This document shows positions 1 through 10,816 of a stretch of 64,000 nt of DNA, one piece after another. Origin of the DNA: TPA_inf: Saccharomyces. Its lineage: Eukaryota. The notes under the pieces are model-generated. The model was not told where the DNA came from and did no database searches. It was given only the letters and a program-made list of their open reading frames with translations. The first letter of the stretch is position 1. The number at the start of each line of letters is the position of its first letter. The translations under genes and the position numbers were made by a program. The stretch spans positions 832,001 through 896,000 of the forward strand of contig BK006948.2 of the NCBI GenBank assembly GCA_000146045.2, written 5' to 3'.

Positions 1-642
1 GGATTCGGGCAAATCGATGGGCCCTGGGACTGATGATGCCATATTTCTCTGCCTTGTTTATTTTTTTCTTTCGATGCTGTGTGGTTTTATTATTGCTAAC
101 TTGCAGTGGTCGACGCCTTTGAAAACTGTAAAGCTGATGCGAAGACCTAACAGTCTCTTATCCAATTACCTCAATCTGGTACGCTCCGGTACCGGACGCC
201 AGTACGAAAGAAAAACTTTTCGTTCGTCTCGGGCACCATTGGTATAAAAAGCGCCGAGGCAGCGATCATTTTTCTAGTATTACTCTTCTTTCATTTTTTA
301 GTTATCTTTGATTTTCGGTTCCGAAGAAGGCATGATACATATTAAACATGCCTTCTATTCACTGTGCCATCTTACATCCGTAGGTGATCAGAGGGGAAAA
401 GAAGAGCTAGAGCAACTCCCACACTCATGAGCGTCCTCATACTGTTCTGGGCGCTTCTCACAGGTGCTTCTTTTAGTGTCTCCCATTGGCCCAGATCGGT
501 AGCTGCGCGAGTGAGATATCTTTCATTCATTTATATTTATCTGTAGCAATAGCTTCCTTTACTATTTTATTCTTAGGGAGAACTTTAGCTTATTTCTTGC
601 ACAAGAGGGTTTGACAGTTTTCTGTTACCCGGCCAGTACTTC

Positions 643-683
643 AAAAATTTTTCAAAAATTTTCTGAAGTGCTCATCTCATCGC
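643..683 (+). promoter_or_regulatory. tandem RRPE (AAAAATTTTTCAAAAATTTTC) plus PAC (GCGATGAG on the minus strand) ribosome-biogenesis motifs 130-170 bp upstream of YTM1
   Basis: The sequence tcAAAAATTTTTcAAAAATTTTctgaagtgCTCATCTCATCGC contains ctcatcgc, whose reverse complement is GCGATGAG. Confidence 0.7.
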
Positions 684-812
684 AAACCGTAGGAGCAGTG
701 AAAGGCATATGCTCATCTGTATAATTGCAAAAAGACATATTCTATGTTCGCAGAACCAATACGTTACCTAAAGTTTTAAAGACAATACCAAGGGAAACTG
801 CACAAATTCAAT

Positions 813-2195
813 ATGACAGAAGATAAATCGCAGGTTAAAATCAGGTTTTTCACGCGTGAGAAAGATGAATTACTACATGTACAAGATACTCCAATGTACG
901 CCCCCATCTCATTAAAGAGATATGGGTTGTCCGAAATTGTCAATCACTTGTTGGGCTCGGAAAAGCCTGTTCCTTTCGATTTCTTGATTGAAGGTGAATT
1001 GTTACGTACTTCATTGCACGACTATTTGACCAAGAAAGGTTTATCGAGCGAAGCCTCGCTGAATGTAGAATATACCAGGGCAATTCTTCCACCATCCTAT
1101 TTGAATAGTTTCAGCAATGAGGACTGGGTTAGCTCATTGGATGTCGGCGACGGTTCCAAGCATATTATTAGTGGTTCTTACGATGGTATAGTTCGCACCT
1201 GGGATTTATCAGGTAATGTGCAAAAGCAGTACAGTGGTCATTCTGGCCCAATCCGTGCAGTAAAATACATTTCCAATACAAGGCTAGTTTCGGCTGGTAA
1301 CGACCGTACTTTGAGATTATGGAAAACCAAAAACGATGATTTGAAATTAACTTCACAACAACAGGCACAGGAAGACGATGATGACGAAGTAAACATAGAG
1401 GACGGTAAGACACTGGCTATCTTGGAAGGTCATAAGGCACCAGTAGTCTCTATTGATGTTTCAGACAACTCAAGAATATTATCTGCATCATACGACAATT
1501 CTATTGGGTTCTGGTCTACTATTTATAAGGAAATGACAGTTGTTGATCCATTAGAAGATATAAACAATCCAAACAATAAAATATCCACTGCTGCTAGAAA
1601 AAGGAGAAAATTGACAATGAAAGATGGTACCATTAGAAGACGTGCCCCTCTGTCTCTGTTAGAATCCCATACAGCTCCTGTTGAGCAAGTGATCTTCGAT
1701 TCTACAGATAATACCGTTGGTTATTCAGTATCACAAGATCATACCATCAAGACATGGGATTTGGTCACCGCGAGATGTATAGATACAAGAACAACATCGT
1801 ACTCGTTGCTTTCCATTGCTCAATTGTCGACTTTGAACTTGTTAGCATGTGGGTCCAGCGCCAGACACATCACATTGCATGACCCACGTGTGGGAGCGTC
1901 TTCCAAAGTTACTCAGCAACAACTAATTGGTCATAAGAACTTCGTTTCCTCTCTGGACACTTGTCCCGAGAATGAGTATATATTATGCTCGGGTTCTCAC
2001 GATGGTACCGTGAAGGTATGGGACGTCAGGTCTACTTCTCCGATGTACACCATAACAAGAGAAGACAAATCGGTCCAAAAGGGCGTCAATGACAAAGTTT
2101 TTGCTGTCAAATGGGCTGAAAAAGTGGGTATTATCAGCGCTGGTCAAGACAAAAAGATTCAAATAAATAAAGGAGACAACATTTTCAAAAACTGA
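813..2195 (+). CDS. YTM1: WD40-repeat ribosome biogenesis protein (60S assembly, Erb1/Nop7 partner), 460 aa
   Basis: ATG at 813 checked. Multiple WD repeats are visible (GHSGPI, SYDGIVRTWDL, GSHDGTVKVWD). The N-terminus MTEDKSQVKIRFFTRE is recognised as yeast Ytm1. PAC and RRPE motifs lie upstream. Confidence 0.85.
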   Translation: MTEDKSQVKIRFFTREKDELLHVQDTPMYAPISLKRYGLSEIVNHLLGSEKPVPFDFLIEGELLRTSLHDYLTKKGLSSEASLNVEYTRAILPPSYLNSFSNEDWVSSLDVGDGSKHIISGSYDGIVRTWDLSGNVQKQYSGHSGPIRAVKYISNTRLVSAGNDRTLRLWKTKNDDLKLTSQQQAQEDDDDEVNIEDGKTLAILEGHKAPVVSIDVSDNSRILSASYDNSIGFWSTIYKEMTVVDPLEDINNPNNKISTAARKRRKLTMKDGTIRRRAPLSLLESHTAPVEQVIFDSTDNTVGYSVSQDHTIKTWDLVTARCIDTRTTSYSLLSIAQLSTLNLLACGSSARHITLHDPRVGASSKVTQQQLIGHKNFVSSLDTCPENEYILCSGSHDGTVKVWDVRSTSPMYTITREDKSVQKGVNDKVFAVKWAEKVGIISAGQDKKIQINKGDNIFKN

Positions 2196-2451
2196 GAAAA
2201 AACTGTTGTTGTTTTTATGTAGAATAATGTACTGATATACTTGAAATAAATTTGGTTTTGCCAACAGCTTTCGCAAATTTCTGTCACCTTCTTCTTTATG
2301 TAAAACGACATTACTTGCTAAAAAAAAAAATACTTCTATGATAATGTGTACTTGTATGAAACTTCTATAAATTTAAATTGGTGAATTTTATCCAGCTATC
2401 CCCCAATTTACTATTTGAATATATGCAATTGTGATCTGTCTTAAGACCTTT

Positions 2452-4431
2452 TCAAACCATTCTGGCGGAAGCATCGGTGGCCATTTCCGTATACGAATAA
2501 CCGTCTTCATTATCCTTGATAGCTGAGTATAAACTATTGGAAATGGGTTCATTACGATTTTGCGCATGTTGCCCGTCCTCGCGATCAAACGAGGCAGGAA
2601 CGGGCTGCGTATGGGTCCTGCGCAGAGATAGCCTTTCACCTGGTTTTTCTCTAGTCGAAGGGTCTGTTTCCATGGTCCTTAACGTGGTCATCCTTGTTAG
2701 ATTCAATTCACCATCGACAGCATTTACGTCATCTATACCACCTTCGGTCTCAGCCTCCTTTTCCATGGCGGCATAACCAAATTGTGACTTGTGTCTTAAT
2801 TTGCTCCCCCATTTTTCAAAAACCCATGGAATTGGAATCATCACAACGCAAACTAATGCAAATAAAGTGCTTGCCCATTTGATTTTCATCTTTGTGTACA
2901 TTTGGATGGTAAACAATGGGAATACACTACTCATAACGTATCTTAATAGATTATTGGCAGCCAAACAGGATGCCACAGTTAATGGCGGATAGCATGTAGA
3001 GAAGTACATTAAAACGCTGAAAAAAATCAAAATTAAACCAAAACCAAATGGCACACCGGCAGCCACAGGAGCCATCCAGTGGACATCTGATCTAGCAGTC
3101 CAGGCTTGCCAAAACAGGCCGATAGGCAAAGCTACAGAACCAAATTTACAGGCAATTAAAAATTTTTCTGGAACAACGGGTAGCAATTCACCTGTTTCAG
3201 CGTCTCTTGCACCTCTGTAAGGGGTAGTCCTTTTAGAAGTTCTCTCTTTTTCGGTGAGTGGTTGAGTGCCAGCTGGTGGTTTAGGGAAGAGATATTTTCT
3301 GTCGATGTAAAGGTAAAAGAAAGCACCTATCCATAACCCGACACCAATACCAATAAATGGCAAGCCAGATATCCCCATAGACATGTGGTAAACACCACGA
3401 TAAATGACAGCGTATGCTTCGAAAAATCCAAATAAAATGGCGAATATGAAAGCGACATAAACACTGAAAACAAATACAATAGGTTCAACGACAAGCATTT
3501 TTAAAGGCCTTAAGATTGTAATAGTGACAGTGGTTTTTAAAAATTCTTTCTGAGCTTCCCTGCTGAACTTCTTCAAGGCTATATTTCTCTTCTTGGCACG
3601 CTTTCTTAAAATAATACCTTTATGGGTCTCTGGCATGAGCGCAATAAATGGCAAGATTAGACCGCCCGCAATCAATTGGATCCATTCAGACCAACGCCAG
3701 CCTTTGGCTTCAGTAGCAAATCCTGCCATAATAGGAGATAAAACTGGCCCTAAGAATGGAGATAGAACAAAGTATGTCATTGCGACGGAGACCTGGTCCA
3801 CGTCAAAGATATCCAGGATGGTACCTGATCCAACGGATAAGGCGGGGGATGCAAAGACACCTGATAAAAACCTTAGGGGTAGAATTATTCTCATGTGGCC
3901 ATTGGATAACCCAACACCCATGGTGAAAAGCATTGACACAGGTAGGGAAAATAAATAGACAGGCTTACGACCAAACACTTCACTTAATGGAGCGCCGATG
4001 ACAGTCGATAAACCCAGAAGATAGAAAGTTAAACCAGCAAGCGCCAAAGTCTGACTAACGTGATATCTTTCTACCAATTCTGGTACGGAAGAAACATATA
4101 GGGAACTACCCATTGTGACGACCAAACAAAGAAAAGCTGAAGTCATAGTAGTATACCATTTCTTCAAAGAGGACCAATTATGCGGATTGTCTGGGTCATC
4201 GGGCCCGTCCCAATCGAGATCTCTTGGGTCAATTGGCTCGCCCCCTGTCATGTTATTGGAATCTGCATTCGGTTCTGATCTTTTTTCGTCCTCTGTTATT
4301 GACCCTGTCGAAGAAGAAGTCGAATCCAAGTTGCCGCTATTAGTTACATTTTTGTCCAAGGCTTTTGGTACCTGCTGTATGTTTGTTCGAGGATCTGAGT
4401 TAGATTCGGTTTTTGTCAAAGAAGAAGGCAT
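2452..4431 (-). CDS. TPO4: MFS polyamine transporter (DHA1 family), 659 aa
   Basis: The complement of 4429-4431 is ATG. The protein has 12 predicted TM segments, a long hydrophilic N-terminal tail, and matches Tpo4 in length and sequence as I recall it. Confidence 0.8.
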   Translation of the reverse strand: MPSSLTKTESNSDPRTNIQQVPKALDKNVTNSGNLDSTSSSTGSITEDEKRSEPNADSNNMTGGEPIDPRDLDWDGPDDPDNPHNWSSLKKWYTTMTSAFLCLVVTMGSSLYVSSVPELVERYHVSQTLALAGLTFYLLGLSTVIGAPLSEVFGRKPVYLFSLPVSMLFTMGVGLSNGHMRIILPLRFLSGVFASPALSVGSGTILDIFDVDQVSVAMTYFVLSPFLGPVLSPIMAGFATEAKGWRWSEWIQLIAGGLILPFIALMPETHKGIILRKRAKKRNIALKKFSREAQKEFLKTTVTITILRPLKMLVVEPIVFVFSVYVAFIFAILFGFFEAYAVIYRGVYHMSMGISGLPFIGIGVGLWIGAFFYLYIDRKYLFPKPPAGTQPLTEKERTSKRTTPYRGARDAETGELLPVVPEKFLIACKFGSVALPIGLFWQAWTARSDVHWMAPVAAGVPFGFGLILIFFSVLMYFSTCYPPLTVASCLAANNLLRYVMSSVFPLFTIQMYTKMKIKWASTLFALVCVVMIPIPWVFEKWGSKLRHKSQFGYAAMEKEAETEGGIDDVNAVDGELNLTRMTTLRTMETDPSTREKPGERLSLRRTHTQPVPASFDREDGQHAQNRNEPISNSLYSAIKDNEDGYSYTEMATDASARMV

Positions 4432-5019
4432 TAGTAAAACTTAAAATATATGTATACGATGTCTATGCTTCTTTGTGTGTGTATGTGTGTGTATAAGATG
4501 GTATCTTTATTCTGTAATTTTCAGGAAAGTGATGACTAGAAAATCGATGTGTCAGGTACAACAAATTGACAACCTATAACTTTCCATACAGGCGAATATA
4601 TATATACACATAAACACATTCAAGCCTCCGGTACCGTTTGCTCTGACAAGGACAATTAGCATGTAAGCACGAGTGCGGGTATGCAATCATTTCAGTGTTT
4701 CCTTCATTTGGCATAGTGTCGTAACACGGATTTAAGGTGAGCCGTCAGGGGCTTTTAAGCGGAGCCCCTGCAGCTTCATGAAGACGGAACCGCACGGGCC
4801 TATTACCTCGGGGATAGATCAATTATCCGAAGCGGGTCACAACCCGGAAATAATAACCACTATGCCCGACCGTACCGACGTGGCACTATTTTTGGGATCC
4901 GTGGAAGTCGGCCATTAGTGGTAATCGGCGAAAACAAGTTTATTGCAGCTAAAGCACGCCATACGGTTGATATAAACAGCAATTAGGCACTTTTTCTCTT
5001 ATTATTCATATGCCTTATT

Positions 5020-5040
5020 GGCTTGTGGCTTGTGGCTTGT
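5020..5040. repeat. (GGCTTGT)x3 tandem heptamer
   Basis: ggcttgtggcttgtggcttgt. Confidence 0.8.
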
Positions 5041-5673
5041 AGCCTATGCAAATGCATTTGCTGATAGCAGCATAAGAAAGTTGGGAAGAAACGCTAACTG
5101 TACTTTTTATATCCAGAGTTCATTAGTTGATCTTTTACCCCAATAATTTCTTCCACTTGCGGCCTGCTTCTTCGCATTTCTCCCATTCCGGGCCGCGACT
5201 CCGTAGTTCTTACAGAAACAGCCGCCTCCATAACCATCTATGATAGGAAAAAGATGGACAAACAGGAAAAGAGCTAGGGAGTATAACCTGATTCCTGACA
5301 TGTATAGGATTCGGGTAATTTTGAAATACGAAGCTCTTTGCATTCCGAGACCGGTTTAGGAAGATTTATTTACATATCTACTTGCGCTATTGTGGTCATG
5401 CCTTCGAAAGATAAAGAGCGAATTTTGCTCGTATAAGCTAAAATCAGGTAAAAGTTCCTTATGTTGCTGCTCCTCGATGGCAACGTCGATCTAAGATCTT
5501 GATTACTGAATCAGGCGAAAGCACACGTTCATCTTTCGCTCATCGGAAAGAAAATTAAAACAGAAAAAAATTCTAAAATGGCAAAAAAGAAGAAAAGCTC
5601 AGTGAGGGCTGTATAGTTTATTAGATAAGCTACTATACGTACATATCTTTTGTAAATAGAACCAAAAATCTTC

Positions 5674-6960
5674 ATGCTAAAGGGACCGCTTAAAGGTTGC
5701 TTAAATATGTCTAAAAAAGTTATAGTGATTGCTGGTACAACAGGAGTAGGAAAGTCTCAGTTGTCCATACAATTGGCACAAAAATTTAATGGCGAAGTTA
5801 TCAATTCGGATTCTATGCAGGTATATAAAGATATTCCTATTATAACAAATAAACATCCGCTTCAAGAAAGAGAGGGCATTCCTCACCATGTAATGAATCA
5901 CGTAGATTGGTCAGAAGAATACTATTCCCATCGTTTTGAAACTGAATGCATGAACGCTATTGAAGATATTCACCGGAGGGGTAAGATACCCATCGTTGTT
6001 GGGGGTACTCATTATTATTTGCAGACTCTTTTCAATAAGCGGGTCGATACGAAATCATCCGAACGTAAGCTCACAAGGAAGCAGCTCGATATTTTGGAAT
6101 CGACTGACCCTGATGTGATTTATAACACACTTGTGAAGTGTGATCCTGATATAGCTACCAAATACCATCCTAATGACTACAGGAGGGTACAACGAATGTT
6201 GGAAATCTACTATAAGACGGGCAAAAAACCAAGCGAGACATTTAACGAACAAAAAATAACTTTGAAGTTTGATACCCTATTTTTATGGCTATACAGTAAG
6301 CCGGAGCCACTTTTCCAAAGGCTTGACGATCGTGTAGACGACATGCTAGAAAGAGGCGCCTTGCAAGAAATCAAGCAATTATATGAATATTACAGTCAAA
6401 ATAAATTTACGCCGGAGCAATGCGAGAATGGTGTTTGGCAAGTTATTGGCTTCAAAGAATTCTTACCGTGGCTAACCGGGAAAACTGATGACAACACAGT
6501 AAAATTGGAGGATTGTATAGAAAGAATGAAAACGAGAACACGTCAATACGCAAAAAGGCAGGTAAAATGGATCAAGAAAATGCTGATACCTGACATCAAA
6601 GGCGATATATACTTACTGGATGCCACTGACCTTTCTCAATGGGACACGAATGCATCTCAAAGAGCGATAGCTATTTCCAATGACTTTATTAGCAATCGAC
6701 CCATCAAGCAAGAAAGGGCACCTAAAGCCCTAGAGGAGCTGTTGTCTAAAGGCGAAACTACGATGAAGAAATTGGACGATTGGACACATTATACTTGCAA
6801 CGTCTGTCGTAACGCAGATGGTAAGAACGTTGTAGCTATTGGCGAAAAATATTGGAAAATTCATTTGGGTAGCAGAAGACATAAATCCAACTTGAAAAGA
6901 AACACTCGTCAAGCTGATTTTGAAAAATGGAAAATAAACAAGAAGGAGACTGTGGAATGA
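5674..6960 (+). CDS. MOD5: tRNA dimethylallyl (isopentenyl) transferase, 428 aa; second in-frame ATG at 5707 (Met12)
   Basis: P-loop GTTGVGKS is at the N-terminus and a C-terminal C2H2-like zinc finger reads YTCNVCRNADG...HLGSRRHKSN. MLKGPLKGCLNMSKKVIV gives two in-frame AUGs, which are known to produce the mitochondrial and the cytosolic/nuclear isoforms. Confidence 0.9.
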   Translation: MLKGPLKGCLNMSKKVIVIAGTTGVGKSQLSIQLAQKFNGEVINSDSMQVYKDIPIITNKHPLQEREGIPHHVMNHVDWSEEYYSHRFETECMNAIEDIHRRGKIPIVVGGTHYYLQTLFNKRVDTKSSERKLTRKQLDILESTDPDVIYNTLVKCDPDIATKYHPNDYRRVQRMLEIYYKTGKKPSETFNEQKITLKFDTLFLWLYSKPEPLFQRLDDRVDDMLERGALQEIKQLYEYYSQNKFTPEQCENGVWQVIGFKEFLPWLTGKTDDNTVKLEDCIERMKTRTRQYAKRQVKWIKKMLIPDIKGDIYLLDATDLSQWDTNASQRAIAISNDFISNRPIKQERAPKALEELLSKGETTMKKLDDWTHYTCNVCRNADGKNVVAIGEKYWKIHLGSRRHKSNLKRNTRQADFEKWKINKKETVE

Positions 6961-7083
6961 AAATATTAGGAAAAAGGAGTTTATCCTGAGTGTATATATC
7001 TACATAAGTGAAGCTGGGTTTTGATAATGGAAAGGGAGGATGACAAGCTCAAAATATACTTTATAGATGAATGAGGACAGGTA

Positions 7084-9069
7084 TCATTGGTCTTCAAATG
7101 TCAAACTCTTATCAAGCCTAGCTTTTTCTGCTCTTCTTGCTGTATCATATTCCTGTACCTCATTGTACAGATTGCTGGTAGAAGTAATTAAATTTTCGTA
7201 AAATGCTGTGCCGGCACTTAAATTTTCTTTCACCTCATCAAGCAGTTTGAAGGAATATCTCAGATCTTCAATATATAGCTCTCTGGGATCTATTCTTACC
7301 ATTTTCTTTGGTTCAATCCCGCTTCTGCCGGGGTTATTCTTCTTACTTAGGTTTACTTCCTCAATAAGTTTGATATTTTCTTCCTTTGTACTATTAACGT
7401 ATCTTAAATCTTCGTCAAAGTATTTTAAATGGCCTATGAAAATGGGTTCAAAGTCGACTGTTCCATTTTTTTTATACGATGTAATGATCTTTGGAAGTAT
7501 TCTATATTCTGAAGATTTCCGCCTCGTCCTATCAATATAATCATTTCTTTCCTGTATGATCATCTTAATCTTATTCGTTAGAGGATCATTAGATTCCGGT
7601 AACCTGATCTCTGATCCAATCAAATTTTTATCGATGCTTTGAAATAGTTCATTTGTTTGTTTGTCAATCGCACTACCTTCATCAAGGTATCCTCTCAGCT
7701 TTTTTAGTTTTTCATAATATGCTGTGTTAGTAGTTGAAGATTCGGGTAAAGTCCAATTTAAGGTTCCGTGTTTTAGTCGGAGCTGATTGTCAGTAAATGC
7801 TTCTTCATTTAAAATTTGCTCAATGTTATCGAGTTGTACCTGCACATTTTTATTATTAATGAGAAGATTATTCAGTGATGCCTGGTAATGACTCAGTTCT
7901 GCTTCACTCACCTTTGTAAGCCCTTGTGGTATTTGGAAAGTAGTCAAGGACTCCTTCAATAGTTTATTTAGGGAAGCAAGGGGATTGGTAACACGTTGTT
8001 CAACGTATTCATCTTGCCTTTCATTGTATGCTGTGCAATATTCCATCACTTCTATAGGGATTAGGTCTTTGAATAAAGTCTCATCCTTTTTAATAGAAGG
8101 CAACAATGTTGCTGAAGAAGATGGTTTAACCATGAGAGCTGGTTTGATCGATGGTAATTCCGAAGGAACTTCTTGTAAGTAGATGAATTCATTGTCTCTT
8201 TGGGCTTCTTTCAGAGAAGATTCGACAACAGTTTTAAACTTAGCTTGCGAAGATAGTGTTGATTCATTTATAAATTGCAATCCCATTTGCAGAGCTTTCA
8301 CAACATTTCCGAACTGCTTCTTCTCATTAAAAGATAAGGCTATTCTGTAATAAGTCACCGCACTAAAGTAAGCCTTTTTAGCCTTTAAGTGGTTTATCCA
8401 ATCACTTCTAATAAGTTTCCCCCTTTGGGCGTCATTAATAGCCTCGCAGTAGAAGTCCACGATCTGTTGTGACAACTTCGCGATTAAGGAGTCCTTGTGT
8501 TTATCTTGCACGGCTTTAAACCAGAAGCATTCTTGCGCTTGTGCTAGCATCAGGGAGGTTAAAGCGTTCAATGTGGCGTCATCTACCACTGGGATTGTCT
8601 CAAGATTTTTTTGGTGGTCTAAAACATGTTTAAAGCATCCGGCGGCATTCTGGAAGTACAGACATGACGTTTTGAGGGATTCGGCTGCATCATTGTTGCT
8701 ATTTAGAGCCAACAGTGAATACATGCAACCAATATTATAAATAATGGTTAATTTTTCCCATTGTAATGAGTATTGACTAGTACCACGAGATTTTTGTGAT
8801 AGCGTTTGAAACCATGTAAATTCTATTTGATTATTGGGAAACTTTTTCTCTAATTGCAACAATATTACATAGTATTCCTTCAGTGCAGAAAGACCGTCGA
8901 TTGAGATATCGGGTGCAATCGCATTGTTTCTTGCATCAACAACTTTGAGTATGTCTGATTGGAAAAAGGATGCCGTTTGAAAGGAAGTAGTATCAATTAG
9001 TTTTGACAACTCCGTGGCAAAGTCCACTTCTAAAGTTCGCTTAAGTGGAATGGCAAGCAGTTCACTCAT
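7084..9069 (-). CDS. RIM20: BRO1-domain protein of the Rim101 pH-response pathway, 661 aa
   Basis: The track ORF is 676 aa. The true N-terminus MSELLAIPLKR starts at the ATG whose complement is at 9067-9069. A BRO1-like N-terminal domain is followed by a long coiled region. Confidence 0.75.
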   Translation of the reverse strand: MSELLAIPLKRTLEVDFATELSKLIDTTSFQTASFFQSDILKVVDARNNAIAPDISIDGLSALKEYYVILLQLEKKFPNNQIEFTWFQTLSQKSRGTSQYSLQWEKLTIIYNIGCMYSLLALNSNNDAAESLKTSCLYFQNAAGCFKHVLDHQKNLETIPVVDDATLNALTSLMLAQAQECFWFKAVQDKHKDSLIAKLSQQIVDFYCEAINDAQRGKLIRSDWINHLKAKKAYFSAVTYYRIALSFNEKKQFGNVVKALQMGLQFINESTLSSQAKFKTVVESSLKEAQRDNEFIYLQEVPSELPSIKPALMVKPSSSATLLPSIKKDETLFKDLIPIEVMEYCTAYNERQDEYVEQRVTNPLASLNKLLKESLTTFQIPQGLTKVSEAELSHYQASLNNLLINNKNVQVQLDNIEQILNEEAFTDNQLRLKHGTLNWTLPESSTTNTAYYEKLKKLRGYLDEGSAIDKQTNELFQSIDKNLIGSEIRLPESNDPLTNKIKMIIQERNDYIDRTRRKSSEYRILPKIITSYKKNGTVDFEPIFIGHLKYFDEDLRYVNSTKEENIKLIEEVNLSKKNNPGRSGIEPKKMVRIDPRELYIEDLRYSFKLLDEVKENLSAGTAFYENLITSTSNLYNEVQEYDTARRAEKARLDKSLTFEDQ

Positions 9070-9332
9070 GTCACACTGCCTGGATCTCCATAGATAATAA
9101 TACTCTCTCTGCAAGGGTATAGTAGTGTTTTAATAAGGCTTTATAGTCCCTTTTCTTATGCTATATTATAAAGCCGGGTAGTAGCGAGGCTTGAATATCT
9201 CTTTTCCTGGACGAAAAATAGTGAAAAATTGGAAAAAGTATTTGGCGTAAAGCATATTCTACCGATTGCGATAGACATTATTTGAGCTGTAACCTGAATA
9301 TAGGATTAAGAACTTTTATTTAATTTCACGAC

Positions 9333-9818
9333 ATGATCAAGTATACTATCGATGAGCTTTTTCAACTGAAGCCAAGTTTAACTTTGGAAGTTAATTTCGA
9401 TGCGGTGGAATTTAGAGCCATCATTGAAAAAGTTAAGCAATTGCAACACTTGAAAGAGGAAGAGTTTAACAGTCATCATGTTGGTCATTTCGGTCGTAGA
9501 AGATCTTCCCACCATCATGGTAGACCAAAGATTAAGCACAACAAGCCTAAGGTTACAACCGATTCAGATGGTTGGTGCACATTTGAAGCCAAGAAGAAGG
9601 GTAGTGGAGAAGATGATGAAGAAGAAACAGAAACCACACCAACTTCTACTGTGCCAGTTGCTACCATTGCCCAAGAAACTTTAAAAGTCAAGCCAAATAA
9701 CAAAAATATTTCTTCCAACAGACCTGCTGATACCAGAGATATTGTTGCGGACAAGCCAATTCTTGGTTTCAACGCATTTGCTGCTTTGGAAAGTGAAGAC
9801 GAAGACGACGAAGCATAA
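9333..9818 (+). CDS. CAF20: eIF4E-binding protein (cap-dependent translation inhibitor), 161 aa
   Basis: The N-terminus is [16 protein letters not shown], which carries the eIF4E-binding motif Y-x4-L-Φ. The acidic C-terminus reads ESEDEDDEA. Confidence 0.85.
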   Translation: MIKYTIDELFQLKPSLTLEVNFDAVEFRAIIEKVKQLQHLKEEEFNSHHVGHFGRRRSSHHHGRPKIKHNKPKVTTDSDGWCTFEAKKKGSGEDDEEETETTPTSTVPVATIAQETLKVKPNNKNISSNRPADTRDIVADKPILGFNAFAALESEDEDDEA

Positions 9819-10816
9819 GTCATTCGCTCATGCTTTCTTCAGGCAGCTGTACGTGTACTATGTATAAATTTTGAATAACATTTTTTTTAATAAACAGTTT
9901 TTACTCTTTTAGGTTACTTTCCAGATTGAAAATATACAACGTGGTTACATAAAGAAATTAAAATGTAGAACGAATCATGACCAACTGTATCAGGTGTTTA
10001 AAAAGGCGAGGTGAAAGAGAAAGGCTTCCCCCTCTAATATCAACAGCTGGAGATACATCTTTCTAATAATTAATCTACCATGAGCCGTACGCACTGAAGC
10101 AACGCCCATCAAACATCCGAAGCCACATTATGAGTACAAAAGAGGCTGACGTTAATAGGAACTCATGGTGTAATTTTGCTTCACTTTTCTGAATTCAAAT
10201 GGAAATAGAAGTAAAAATGGGCAGAAAAGTTACCTCATGCTTTAAATATACTCAACTTTTCTCTACCGACAGTAGGAGCCCTAAGAGATAAAGCGAAAAA
10301 TTTTCACAGCGCGCTCCTTGGTGCGGCGAGGGTATAAAAGGCGATTTCATTTCAATTCTTTGAACTTACTTCATTTGCAGGATCCTTCAGGATAAGAAAA
10401 CCATCATTCAATAAACTGATCTTCCGGATTACCATGCTTAAGACATCACGCCTCCATATGTCTATATAAAGCGCAAATGGCTGGAAGTAGACCAATTTTT
10501 TTTGTTCCTAGCTTTTCATTATTGAAATCTAATCCAGTTTTAATGGTTTTTCTTAATTAAGAAAACAAATTATCATTGGTTCGCTCTAGGTGTACATATC
10601 TTCACTTCATTACTCTCTTGTTTACATTGTATACATCGTACATATACTTCAATTATGGAAATACCATAAATTCTCTTAGTGTGTAGTTCACTAGTTTTTG
10701 GGGTTGGGTTGTGCTGTAGTCAGCTAAGGCGCTTTAGTGAACTTTCTAGTGAGTTTTTTGAATTTTAGTGTCAAAGGATAAGGAAACAGAAAGGTAAAAT
10801 AGACCTTGCTCGAGAG

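Noticed and set aside
5107-5343. 78-aa minus-strand ORF in the TPO4-MOD5 intergenic region
   Set aside because: Short, no motif, and it sits in a promoter region. Nothing distinguishes it from chance ORFs.
9515-9823. 102-aa minus-strand ORF antisense to CAF20 (Ser-rich, low complexity)
   Set aside because: It lies entirely inside the conserved CAF20 coding sequence on the opposite strand. Its composition is driven by CAF20 codons (a GAA/GAT-rich complement). This is a typical dubious overlapping ORF, like the YOR277C-type annotation.
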